Source: Hypanus sabinus (Eukaryota). From it: a stretch of 64,000 bases of DNA. The DNA lies in assembly GCF_030144855.1 (NCBI RefSeq), contig NC_082710.1, positions 149,420,001 through 149,484,000 of the forward strand, in the 5' to 3' direction. Under the pieces are notes generated by a model. The model saw only the letters and a program-made list of their open reading frames with translations, had not been told where the DNA came from and did no database searches. This document shows, in pieces, positions 10,201-21,830 of the stretch. The translations under genes and the position numbers were made by a program. The first letter of the stretch is position 1; every line of letters starts with the position of its first letter.

Positions 10201-13200
10201 GACCCGCACCGAGACTATTGCCCTTCATACCCCATCAATCCATGCCCTAACCTCTCAAAAAATTGAACTCAGGCTCACGTACACCACTTGCGATGGTAGC
10301 TCGTTCCACACTCTTAATATCCCACTGAGCGAAGAAGTTGCCTCTCATATTCCCCTTAAACTTTTCACCCTTAACCTATGACCTCTAGCTGTCGTCCCAC
10401 CCAACCTCATTGAAAAAAGCCTGATTGCATTTACCCTCTCTATACCACTCATAGTTTTGTAAGACAGAAGCTTTCTTTATGACCCTATCTACATCTGATG
10501 CCACTTTCAACAAATTATGGACCTATATTCCCAGATCCCTTTACCGTTCACTGTGTGAAACCTACCCTGGTTTGTCCCACTGAAGTGCAACACCTTTCAC
10601 TTGTCTGAATTAAATTCCAACTGCCATTTATCAGCCCATTTTTTCAGCTGGTCCCTATCCCGCTCTCTTGCTGTCCACTCCACCACCAATCACCTGCAAA
10701 TTCGCTGATCCAGTTAACCACATTATCAACCAGATCATTGAGATAGATGATAAACAACAATGAACCCAGCACCAATCCCTGCGGCACTCCACTAGTCACA
10801 GGCCTCCAGTCAGAGAGGCAACCATCTACTGCCACTCTCAGGCTTCTCCCACAAAGCCAATGCCTAATCCAATTTACTACCTCATTATGAATGCTGAGCA
10901 ATGACTTTCCTGACCAGCCTCCCATGTGGGACCTCGTCAAGTGCTGTGCTAAGGTCCACGTAGGCAACCTCTATTGGCTTTACTTCATCAACTTTCCTGG
11001 TACCTTCCTCAAAAAACTCATGACCTACCATGCACAAAGCCATGCTAACTATCCTTAATCAGTTTACATCTAACCAAATACTCATATATCCGCTCTCTTA
11101 GAATACCTTCCAATAACCTTCCCACTACTGATGTCAGGCTCACCAGTCTATAATTTTAGAGCCTTTCTTGAACAGTGGAAGAACACTGGCTATCCTTCAA
11201 TTCCTCTGGTACCTCACCTGTCACGAAGGATGTTTTAAATATCTGTGCTAGCATCCCAGCAACTTCTGCAGTTGCCTCCTACAGGGTCTGAGGGAACACA
11301 TTGCCAGGGGATTTATCCACCCTAATTTGCCTCAAGACAGCAAACACCTCCTCCTCTGTAATCTGAACAGGGTCCATGAAGTCGACGCCATGTTGTCTTC
11401 CAGAGACTCTGTGTCCATCTCCTGAGTAAATGCAGATGCAAAAAATTCATTTAAAATCTCCCTCATCTGCTTTGGCTCCACTCATGGATTACCATTCTGA
11501 TCTTCCAGAATTTTGTCCCTTGCAATCCTTTTGCTCTTAACATATCTGTAGAATCCCTTGGGATTCTCCTTCCCCTTGTCTGCTAAGGCAACCTCGCACA
11601 TTCTTTCAGCCCTCCTGATTTCTTTCTGAAGTTTTCTCTTCTATTTCCTGTCCACCTCTTTCTTTCCCACCTGCCTATACCTGCTATGCACCTCTTACTT
11701 TTTTCTTAACCAGAGCCTCAATATCTCTTGAAAACCAAGGGTCCCTGCATTGATTATCTTTACCTTTTATTCTGACAGGCACATACAAGCTTTGTATTCT
11801 GAAAATTTCACTTTTGAAGTACTCCTTCGCAGAAAACAGCCTGTTCCAATCCACATTTGCCAGATCCTTTCTGACAAATAAAAATTGGCCTTACTCCAAT
11901 TTAGAATCTCAACCTGTGGACCGGACTTATCTTTTTGCATATCTACTTTGAAACTAATGGCACTGTGATCACTAGATGCAAAGTATTCCCCTACACAATC
12001 ACCTGTCCTGTCTCATTCCCCAGTAGCAGATCAAGTATCACCAGTCGCGTTGGGACTTCTATGTACTGTTTAAGGAAGCTTTCCTGAACATGTTTGACAA
12101 ACTCTATCCTGTCTGGTCCTTTTACACTATAGGATCCCCAGTCAATATGTGAGAAGTTAAAGTAACCTGCTGTAACAATCTTGAGTTTCTTGCAACAGTC
12201 TGCAGTCACTCTATGAATTTGTTCCATCGGACTGTTAGGTGGTCTGGAATGTAGCCTCATTTATCTGGTCATACCTTTCTCATTTCTCAGTACCACCCAT
12301 AATTCCTCACGTCGAGTTCTCCAGTCTGTCCTGACTGAGCACTATCGTGACATTTCCCTGAACAGTAACACTACCACGTATCCTTTAATCCCTCCCACTC
12401 TGTCGTGTCCAAAATCAACAGAACACCAGAAAACTGAGCTGCCAGTCCTGCCTCTCCAGTAACCAAGTCTTATTAATGGCTACAATATTATAATTGTGTA
12501 GATCCATGCCCTAAGTTCACCTGTCTTGCCCATGATACTCCTTGCATTGGGACGTACACAGCTCACAGCTCAGGACATTAGTTCCACCATGCTCAGCCTT
12601 TTGATTCCTGACTTTGTCTGAGATCTTAGCGACATTTGGTTCCCATCCCCCTGCAGCTCTGGTTTAAACCCTCCTCTACCCCCGTGCAACACCAGCAAAC
12701 CTTCCCACTAGGATATTAGCCCCCTTCCAGTTCAGGTGCTAACTGGCTCTTTTGTGCAGGTCCCACCTTCCCTGGAACCTGTCTCCTCTTCCCCAGTACT
12801 GACTCTATGACCTAAAGTCATATGGTGCAGTATGAAGCCCTTGTCCCCTGCTGTCCAGACTGATCCCATTTTGTATCTCTCTGTACATTGGTGATTAGTG
12901 CCTCTCTAGATCTGACTTCAATGGTATGAGAGTCTCCACCATCCCCTCACACGGTGTGTTCCAGATCCCAGCCTCCTGGGGAAAACGTTCTTTTCCCAGG
13001 TTGTTTCAGGATTACTTCTCATTTATCGACCTCTGCCCTGGGGAAATGGTTCATCCTCCCTGCCTCATCTCATTATCACTGTGTACATTCCCAGCTGGTG
13101 GACCTGAGTAAACAGTCCCCCTTTCCACCCGGTCACCCACCAGCTTTGTTCAGTCTTTTATGGAGAGATGTCTCATAGTGTTGCAGTGGGCTGGAAAAGT

Positions 13201-16200
13201 TAATCCTTTTCAAACTTGTATCTGGACCATTGTTTGAATGGGGGTCAGAGCCCATTGGGTGTATCTGGTATTGAGTGTATAAGGTTATGTGCTCGGGACA
13301 TGGGAACCTTCCTACTGACTGTCTCTGTATTTTACAGAGGGGGAGAGCGGCTACAGTCCCACCAGAAGTAAGTTCACTGTAAATCACATCTGGATCGTTG
13401 TGTTGCAATATTTACATTCAGTGGCAATTTATTAAGTACACCTTGGAATCTGATGTGGTCTTCTGCTGCTGTAGTGCGTCCACTTCAAGGTTCAACAGGC
13501 TGTATGTTCAAAGATGCTCTTCTCCACATCACTGGCTTTCCCCACGTATGGTTACTTGATTTACCATCATTCTTCTATCAGCTTGAACCTGTCTGCTCAT
13601 TTTCCTCTGACCTCTCTCATTAACGAGCTGTTTTCTTCCACAAACATGCTGCTCACTCGATGTTGTTTTTCACTATTCTCTGTAAATTCTAGAGATGCTT
13701 TGGGTGAAAATCCCAATAGATTCGCAGTTTCTGAGATACTCAAACCACCGCATCTGGCACCATCAATCATTCCACAGTCAAAGTCACTTTGATCACATTT
13801 CTTCCCTGTTCTGGTAGTACTTTAGTCTGTGAGCCAGGACCCCAAATTTGGGCCACCAGTACCATCTGGGGGGAATAATTCTTGTAGTGAATTTTGGCAA
13901 GGTACACACCCCTAGTGCTGAAAATATGGGTTAGCATTGCAGCAGTGGTAGCTTTCTGTCTTTGTTTGGATGCATCATAGCACAAGGGTGCAATCTACGT
14001 ATGGAGGATATCCTTTCTCATCCCTTTGGACCATTGCCCTGGGTCCTGTCCACACCAGAAGGATTGCTGAGAAAGATAAATAATGCTACTTTAGCCACAA
14101 CCTTGCAGAAAACTGTAGCAGTAGAAGAACAAGTCCCAGGAAACTCTGCTACAGTGGTTGATGGAATGAACTTGGTCCAAAGAGTGAAAGGTGATCAAGT
14201 TACTTTCAGAGATGTTGCCACAACAATTCTGGGCACAGCTGTGAGGGAAGACAGTCAGAGTAGCAGAATAAATGTTGTGTTCAACACATACAAGGAGAAC
14301 TCTATCAAGAATAGTGAAAGATGTCTACGGGATGAAGAGACTGGTCATGAGTTGTAAGGCACACAGACGGTGAGGTTGTGGAGGAGCTTCCTGACCAAAG
14401 TCAGTAACAAAAATAGTCTCATTAGCTTCATAGTCCATGAATGGAGGAAGGCGGAGAACAGAGCAAAGCTTCAGGAGAAGATTCTGTCTGCTACTGTGAA
14501 TGGCAAACCATCTCAAGACAGTGAGGTGTCAGCTCTTCAGTGTCAACAAGAAGAAGCAGATGGCCATCTACTTCTCCATGCTGCCCATGCCACAAGAGAG
14601 GGATACCAATCTGTAGTGATCTGCTCAGAAGACACAGATGTCTTTATCATGTCTTTAGCATTTTGTGACAAGACTGAGGCCCCATTGTTCCAGAAGTGTG
14701 GCACTAGAACCCGTACCAGGCTTGTAGACATCAGGAAGGTTGCTGCCACTGTTGTCATAGAGGTTTGTAGGGCTCCCATCGGGTTGCACGCATATATAGG
14801 ATGTGACTCTGTAAGCACTTTTGCAGGCAAAGGGAAGACAAGTGCCCTAAAACTTCTGACCAGCAACAGGGAAACTCAGGACACATTCTTAGAGTTGGGT
14901 CGGGAATGGGACCTCTCCCCAGAACTGATGGACAAACTGGAGGCATTTAAATGTCTCCTGTATGCCCCAAAAGCATCGACCACCAAGGTCAATTAGCTCA
15001 GGTATCACCCTTTCTGTGCCACAAAAGGTGAAATCAAAAATCGTTAACTCCTACCATGGAAGGACCACTTAACAAAACATGCACAGCGAGCCAACTACCA
15101 GGCTGGTATATGGAGAAGGACCCACAAGATGGAAGATGGAGAGAGAAGAGGAAGCTGAACAGTTGGTGGTGCCCTGGATGGAAGGCCAGCAGCACCTGAT
15201 ACCGTCCTGGATCTACTGGCCTGTAACTGTCCAAAAAAATGTTCACTCCCAAGACGTGTGTGTGTTGCAAATGACCTCAGGTGTACTGACATGTGTAGAC
15301 TGGCAGACTGTGAGAACCGGGCATCCATCTCAGAGAGTGTGGGAAGTTCAGATGAAGATGTGGAAGACTTGGAAAATTATTATGATTATTAATAGGTTAT
15401 GAAAGTATGAAAGACAAAGTATGGAAAGCAGACTTTGATTAAATATATTCATTTTACAACTAAATGGGGCCTAGGTTATGGACGTGTGGAACCCCACATT
15501 TGAATTATTGTACTGTAATTCTATATGCTATGACAAAAGTTTAAGGTTGCTTTGATTTGATACAACAATATGGAAAATATCATGACATTGATAAAACTCC
15601 AGAAATCTCTCCAAATGGGTTTTTTACCTTTTGGGGGTGGGGTAACATTTTCTGCTGTACTGATGTTAACATAGAATACATACAAAAAGTGATTACTTAT
15701 TTGAATTCCTGAATACATTCTCTACAAATCCATGTGATTTTATATATATATACACTAGGGTTTTTATTGACTTTTCCAAAATAAACAACAGACAAATATT
15801 TTTCTAAAAGTGAAATGATTCACTCTACTGAAATTGGGCATTGCACTGCAAGTGCCACCAATGCCATAGTTTTCAATGAAGAATTTTATAACAACATTTG
15901 AGGAAAAGTGCTTGAACTCAGCTATCATTGTGACAAATTTCAATGTTGAGGGATCACTGATGACAAAATACCACTAGGTTGAATATATATGTTGTACTTT
16001 ATATTGGCCACTTTTCAGGAATGCTTATTTTAGGGTAGTGTTATAAAATGCATGACAGCACACATAAAGCTACCACTGGTGCAATGCCAGCACATATTTG
16101 CTAACTCTAGAGATGTATACCTTGCTAAAAATCACTATGACCATTATTCCCCTCAGATGGTACCGACCAACCCTACAGGCTCACGGACTATTAGTGTGCA

Positions 16201-16702
16201 AAAGGGGGGATTTGGGGTTTGCAGGTTTTTATTTTGTTTTTGTGGGCAATAGGGCGGGGGTTGATGTCTTTCTTTCAGTGACTTCCACAGTTTTCTCTGT
16301 TTCATGTCTACCTGGAGAAGATGAATCTTAGAACTGTATATTGCATAATGCTTTGATAATAAATGAACCTTTGGTCTGACCAACCACTGAACCTCTTTCA
16401 AGCTTGCCTTTATGCATTGAGTTGTTGCCGCAAAGTTGGCTGATTATATTAACAAGCAGGTTGACCTACTGAAGAGGCCACTGAGTGTTTGTTTAACATC
16501 TTATTAAGGGAGCTGGGGCTGTCTGTGTGCATGTCTTTGTGTCTGCTTGTTTATCTGTATAGACTTGTCTATACAGTGCGTGCATGTATCTTTGTTTCTC
16601 CGAGTCTGCTCTGCATTGGTAATAAATGTTTTCCTGCCTGTCCTTCCATTCACAGCTTCTGACAAAGGAGAATCCTCCTCCAACTCCTCTGACGTGGCCT
16701 GA
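1214..16702 (+). CDS. MHC class I heavy chain, complete spliced CDS join(1214-1262,7878-8138,8274-8546,9217-9480,9724-9831,13338-13367,16656-16702), 343 aa
   Basis: Exons sum to 1032 nt, open to TGA at 16700-16702. All introns are GT-AG and phase 1. Domain order is leader, alpha1 (GSHSLRYFY...DYWERETQ...KRTNQT), alpha2 (YGCEL...TKDKW...GYLEQTCVEWLKKY), Ig C1 alpha3 (LSCVATGFYP...GILPNHDNTYQ...FSCRVEH), TM and a two-exon tail. Lineage (classical UAA-type versus a nonclassical lineage) cannot be fixed without a phylogeny. Confidence 0.95.
3075..3724 (-). mobile_element. Solo LTR (Gypsy-like), about 650 bp, in intron 1
   Basis: TGTAA...TTACA inverted termini. Flanks ttaa/ctaa fit a 4-bp TSD with one mismatch. 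No internal ORF. Strand is inferred. Confidence 0.65.
3728..4106 (+). mobile_element. CR1 LINE 3' end, well preserved
   Basis: ORF 3747-4010 (RTRGHSLRI...MRKNFFTQRVVDMWNALP) is the CR1 ORF2 C-terminus, followed by the 3' UTR and a (ctattgt)n tail. Confidence 0.9.
4480..7050. mobile_element. Degraded CR1 fragments in both orientations (about 4480-5450 minus, 5450-6270 plus, 6270-7050 minus)
   Basis: Recognisable CR1 RT-end motifs (ttacagagagatcttggatc, gaaagagttcagaagagattcatgaggatgttgccagg) with many stops and frameshifts. Confidence 0.6.
7147..7420 (+). repeat. Minisatellite, about 5 copies of about 55 bp (catcgaccctcaaatccctcctc...aaaaa...gatcaggca)
   Basis: Repeated units visible directly in intron 1. 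Confidence 0.75.
7878..8138 (+). CDS. MHC-I exon 2: alpha1 domain
   Basis: Acceptor tttcag|GC, donor G|gtgagt, 261 nt. Has Y7, Y59, R84 and the N86 glycosylation site NQT. Confidence 0.97.
8274..8546 (+). CDS. MHC-I exon 3: alpha2 domain
   Basis: Acceptor ttgcag|GA, donor A|gtaagt, 273 nt. Has both Cys, T143, K146, W147, Y159 and Y171. Confidence 0.97.
8551..9105 (+). repeat. G/T-rich composite minisatellite filling most of intron 3
   Basis: Recurrent ggcgtccgctg(c/t)gtgtctgtgggg and gtaggggtggaacggtgggttgg units starting a few bases after the exon 3 donor. Confidence 0.9.
9217..9480 (+). CDS. MHC-I exon 4: alpha3 Ig C1 domain
   Basis: Acceptor ccacag|AT, donor G|gtaaga, 264 nt. Contains C...GFYP...TYQL...C.VEH. 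Confidence 0.96.
9724..9831 (+). CDS. MHC-I exon 5: connecting peptide and transmembrane (VLKSSYIPLMVIAALVVLVILIVFADVVAYHFYKKK)
   Basis: Acceptor ggccag|TT, donor G|gtagga, 108 nt. Hydrophobic run followed by a KKK stop-transfer cluster. Confidence 0.92.
10110..12840 (-). mobile_element. Degenerate long CR1 LINE, antisense in intron 5
   Basis: RT fragment 10644-10967 (VTSGVPQGLVLGSLLFIIYLNDL), APE fragment 11991-12260 (FNFSHIDW...FLKQYIEVPTR...LDLLLGN) and a CR1-type 3' end near 10110. Confidence 0.85.
13338..13367 (+). CDS. MHC-I exon 6: cytoplasmic EGESGYSPTR
   Basis: Acceptor tttacag|AG, donor A|gtaagt, 30 nt, phase 1-1. Carries the Tyr motif typical of class I exon 6. Confidence 0.85.
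13848..16175 (+). mobile_element. AcademX-like DNA transposon, internally deleted (XPG-like nuclease plus Cys-rich finger relic, with TIRs), in intron 6
   Basis: Inverted repeats 13859-13959 and 16062-16163 (about 80% identical by eye), right end ...CCCTA. Broken ORF with EEAD, SEDTDV and GCDSVSTFAGKGK (XPG/FEN1-like PIN fold), then CNCPKKC..RVC...CTDMC...C at 15204-15317. Superfamily assignment is from the known AcademX domain order. Confidence 0.7.
16656..16702 (+). CDS. MHC-I exon 7: cytoplasmic TSDKGESSSNSSDVA-stop
   Basis: Pyrimidine tract then cacag|CT. Ser-rich class I tail, TGA at 16700-16702, then G|gtagga donor at 16703/16704. Confidence 0.85.
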
Positions 16703-16859
16703 GGTAGGAACTGTGTTGGTCACTGGTCAATACTGGGTTTCCCAGCTCTTGTCACTGGAGCTGGTCATTACAGCACAGTCTGGGCACTGACAACCGCCTG
16801 TCTGGAACCAGAACTATGAGATGGGCTGCAACTAGTCCCACAGCATCTCACCCTTGGAA

Positions 16860-19060
16860 TTTATAAATGGCACAATTCAAATGCCATCTATAAATTTGCT
16901 GATGACACGACTACTGTTTGCAGAATTTCAGATGGTGGCTAGAAGGCATATAGGAGCGAGATGGATCTGCTGGTTGAGTGGAGTCACAGCAACAACCATG
17001 CATTCAATGTCACTAAAGCCAAGGAATTGATTGCTGACTTCACAAGGGGTAAGCTGAGGGAACCAGTCGTCATCAAGGGATCAGAAGTGGAAAGTCCCCA
17101 CCTGTTTCAAAAGGGCAACAATTATACCAGTGCCCAAGAAGAGTAGTGTGAGCTGCCTCAATGACTAACATCCAGTAGTGCTCACATCTATGGTGATGAA
17201 ACGCTCCGAGAGGTTTGCCATGCCTACAATCAACACTGCTCTCAGGAAGGACCTGGACCCACTGTAATTTGCCTATCACCGTAATAGGTCTACTGCAGGC
17301 ATGATCTCAATGGCTTTCCACGCAGCCTTGGATCACCTGGACAATGCAAGTACCTATGACAGGATGCTGTGTGTTTAACTATAACTCAGCATTTAACACC
17401 ATTATTCCTGCAGTCCTGTTCGCAAAGCTACAGATCCTGGGCCTCTGTACCTTCCTCTGCAACTGGATCCTCGATGTTCTAAACGGAAGACCACAATCTG
17501 AGTGGATAGAAAAAAAAATCTCCATCTCACTGGCAATCAACACTGGTGCTCCACAGGGATGTGTGCTTAGCCCACTGTTCTTTTCTGTTTACACCCATGA
17601 CTGTGTGGCTAACAATACAACCATTGTCAGCGGAATTTCAGCTGGTGTCAAAAGGAGGTACAGAAGGGAGACATACCAGTTAGTGGAGTGGTGTGACAGC
17701 ACCAACCTGGCACTCAATGTCAGCAAGATCAAAGAGCTGATTGTGGACTTCAGGGAGGGCAAGACAAGGGAACACAAACCAATCCTCGTAGAGGGATCAG
17801 AAGTAGAGAGAATGAGCAATTTCATGTTCCTGAGTGTCAATATCTCTGAGGATTTAACCTAGATGCAACTTATTGATGCAGCCATAAAGAAGGCCAAGAC
17901 AGTGGCGATATTTCATTAGGAGTGTGAGGAGTTTTGGTTTGTCAACTAAAACATTCAAACTTCTACAAATGTACCGTGGAGAGCATTCTGACTGGCTGCA
18001 TCACTGTCACTGAGGAGGGCTACTGCACAAGATCAAAATAATTTGCAGAAACATGCAAAATTAGTCGGCTCTATCATGGCACCAGCCCCCATAGAATCCA
18101 AGATATCTTCAAGCAGTGATGCTTTAGGAAGTCAGTGTCCATCTTTAAGAATCCCCACCACCCTCTTCACACTGTTAACATCAGGAAGGAGATACAGAAG
18201 GCATGGGGCAGACACTCAGCGATTCAGGGGTAGTTTCTTCCCCTCTGTCATCTAATTCCTAAATGGACATTGAACCCATGAACACTACCTCACTTTTTTA
18301 TTTCCACTATTTGACAGCACTCATTTTAACTTAACGATTTAATAGACATATATACTTAATGTAACTCAGTTTTTTTCTATATATTTATCTGTCATGTATT
18401 TCATTTTACTGCTGCCATAAAGTTAACAAATTTCATGACATATGCTGGTGAAATTAAATCTGATTCGGAACAATTCCAGGTTTCTGGATGTCAACAGCCC
18501 TAAGAATCTATTTGGGTCCAAAATCTTGATGGATCTACAAAGAAGACATGACAGTGACTATGTTTCATTAGCAGTCTGAGGAACATTGTTATGTCACCAA
18601 AGACACTCACAAATTTCAACATATGTACTGTGGAAAGCATTCTAACTGGCTGCATCACTGCCTGGTATCGGGGAGGAGGGCATTGCACAGGATCAGAATA
18701 AGATGCAGAAAGCTGTAAACTTAATCAGCTCCATCATGGACACTAGCCTCCCCAGCATCCTTTGAAATCTTTGAAAAGGCGGCATACATCAGTAAGGACT
18801 GCCATCATCCACGACATGCCCCCTTCTCATTGCTACCATCAGAGGTTGGTACAGGACCTGAAGGCGCACTCTCAATGTTTCAGGAACAGCTTCTTCACCA
18901 TGAACATTCGCTCAATACTTTTATTTTCTCTTTTTGCACTGTTTAACTTTTTAAATATATATTTATATTTGCTGTTTTTATTATGTATTGCATTGTACTG
19001 CTGCTGCATAACAACAAATTTCATAACGTACGCCAGTGATATTAAACCTGATTCTGAATG
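16860..19060. mobile_element. Rex1/Babar-like LINE fragments in intron 7
   Basis: ORF 17344-17862 (SAFNTIIP...LCNWILD...TGAPQGCVLSPL...YTHDC...LNVSKIKELIVDFR), plus further RT and tail pieces on both strands. Confidence 0.8.
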
Positions 19061-19413
19061 GCCCTTGCTTCGCTCCATTCCAGGGAATCCAGTTCCTGGT
19101 TCTCCTGCAGCTTGTGACTGGAATTGTTTCTTCCCAGGGTTCCACGCCACTGATGTCTTGTGGGGGTTGCAGGGTGTTGTGATGGGGAGTTATGGGGTGA
19201 GGCTGTTAGGTGGGATGGTGGGAGAGCGGGAGGATATCTGGGTTATGTTACAGTGGATGTTGGGAATTGGGAATGCCTAGACATTATTCTCACTGTTGTG
19301 TGGGTGGCTTCAGTGGGTTTCACGGTCAGTATTGGGGGAAGGTTTACTACTGAAGTTTCTGTGAGCTTGTCTCACTATATCAATCTCTCTCCCACTCCCC
19401 TCCTCCTCTGCAG

Positions 19414-19950
19414 GAAATCTGATCGACAGTGGGATGTTGATGAAGAAAACTTGGGTGAAAGAGTGCAATCCTGGGGCTGGGCTCTTTTCTATGGCAAGGT
19501 TCCCAACCATTTTCATGCTATGGACCAATGATTTAAGGGCTCCATGGACCCCAGGGTGGGAACCCCTATTCTACGGGGAAATCTCCGACTGGGTGTTTAC
19601 CTTCATGTTTGGGTTTATGAACAAGTCGCTGCTGTCACTGCAGAAGCTGGACTATATAATGCTGCTTTTCAAAAGTTAAATCACTTTGGAAAAGTGATTT
19701 GGTTTGGATAAATTGAATGGGGTTTAGAGGCGAATTTCTATTTTTCCAAAAATATACTTTATTCAGAATAAAAATTTTTACAAATATAAACTTTGCAAAA
19801 CCCTTTTACTTACTAGTAGACAATCCTCAATTATATTTTTTTAAAGCCAATAGCAACGTTGTTACTCATGTGTTCCTCCGGGGTGGTATACTATTTTTTT
19901 TAAACAAAATAAAATTTATTCTTAATAAATTATTTACAAGAATAAACTGT
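19414..19950 (+). other. Probable non-coding terminal (3' UTR) exon of the MHC-I gene
   Basis: Strong acceptor (pyrimidine tract 19384-19409, CAG 19411-19413) to pair with the unused donor at 16704. AATAAA at 19767, 19908, 19924 and 19941. The end is uncertain. Confidence 0.55.
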
Positions 19951-21830
19951 TGAATGCGTTTTCATTTTTTACGTCCATAGTCAATACTTTCTGTTCTGTT
20001 CCAATGCATTCATTGCTCCCTGGGGTGGTACACTGCTACGTTAATAATGAAGGGCCTTCCTCTCAAGTACAAGAAGAATTTTACACTGTGGTCCTTCCCC
20101 ACCCAGCCCTGACAGTGGCTGCACCAAGCTTCAGTGTTTCCCTCAGCAAGTCCGTACTCCTGCAGCCTGGACAGTGTCAGATGGCAGCATTCCTCTGTGG
20201 AAATCTCGACGTGCTGGCAGATCAACAAGTTTCAGGCTGACCAAAGAGCAACTTTCACTGAGTTAATGATCTGCGAACAACATAGATATCCCATGTGTGT
20301 GTGTCCTTGGGAACAGCCTGTGCATCAGAGTCCCCTGTGACACTTGGGGTGGACTACCGTGACACAGGTCCTCGTATCTTTCTTCACACCCTCTTTGCAA
20401 ACCTCATCACTATTGTCCCATGGGCAGTGCGTCGTGGGAGGGAACCGTCTGGGAGGACCCCCATCACTGCATGCCAGGTAAGATCACGCTATCTGCTGGT
20501 GAGATCTGGCAAGGAGCCAGAAGGTCCGGACCGTCAGCTTGGGAAACTACCCTACCGTGTCCATCAAGTCCTTTCCCTGCAGTGTTTTCAAGAAGCTCGG
20601 TGCTGACCCACGCTGATGGCCCTGTAGTCAATGGTGATGGGCTGGAGTAATTCAGAATCAGAACCAGGTTTAATATCACCAGCATGTGTCGTGAAATTTG
20701 TTAGCTTTGCGGCAGCAGTTCAATGCGATACATGATAATATCAGGGAAAACATAAAATTCCTGTAAATTTTTATTACACATATAAAATAGTTAAATTAAG
20801 TAAGTAATGCAAAAACAGGAATTTAAAAAGCAGTGAGCTAATAAGGACAGCTAGGACGGCAACATTTTCCCAACATGGGGGACGGGTAGATTCTCAGCAC
20901 GTAGTGGAACTTGATGCCCACTTACTGAGGTTCCACACACAGACTGATGTAACCATATGAAGATGGTCATCAGGGTGAGGGTACCATTGGGTATGTTTCT
21001 GTCCGCACTGTCCATGGACTGTCTTACTTCCTCCATCTGGGATCTCCTGAAGACAGCTCAAGTGATTCCCAAGCTGGAGGAGCGGGAGGTGGGCCACACA
21101 TGCACCAAGCACATCAGCTCTGAGAGCACCTCACACCTGATGACCAGGGTCTTCTCAGTTACTGAGAGGGAGCATCTTCCACACAGACCCAGCTTCTGCT
21201 TTACCTTCCCAGTCCACTCCAGCCAATTCTTTGCCCAGTTCAGCCCCTCCAAACCAGATCCCCAGCACCTTCAGGTATTCAGACCCGACCGTGAAGGGTT
21301 CACAGGATTGGTTGGGCCAGTTGCTGAAGAGCAAGGTCTCGCTATTTGTGCAGTTAACCATGGCCCCTGATGCCAGCTCAAACCAGTAGCAGATGCTGAT
21401 CAATCTGCAAACCAACCTCGGATTCAAGTAGAAGATGGTGGCATTGTCCACGTACAGGAAGGTTTTCACCTTGATCCCTCTACTGCCCGGCGACATCACC
21501 CCTCTTATCCTCACACCCTTTCTGATGACTTTGTCAAAGGGTTCTACACAGCACACAAACAAGACAGGGGAGAGTGGGTAACCATGCAGAACTCCAGAAT
21601 TAACAGGAAAGCTATCTGTTACCCATCTACTGATTTGGACTTCACTACAGATGTGTCAAGCAGTTGGATCCACTTCCTCATTTCCTCCCATAGTCCATTT
21701 TGGAGAGTGTGTTCCATTGCATGTGTATGAAATCCTGTCAAAGGCTTTCTCCTGGTCTGAGATGACCAGGCAGGCATCCGCCCTGTCCTTCATGTAGGTG
21801 ATGGTGTCCCTAAACAGCACGAGGTTGTCA
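19741..21830 (-). mobile_element. Tx1-like (L1 clade) retrotransposon, 5'-truncated and degenerate, interrupted at about 20650-20850
   Basis: RT pieces DQEKAFDRIS, FVCCVEPF...KTFLYVDNAT, KVKQKLGL. 3' terminus gaataaagtatattttt(gg) on the minus strand at 19741-19768, the same tail as the copy ending at 30529. Confidence 0.85.
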
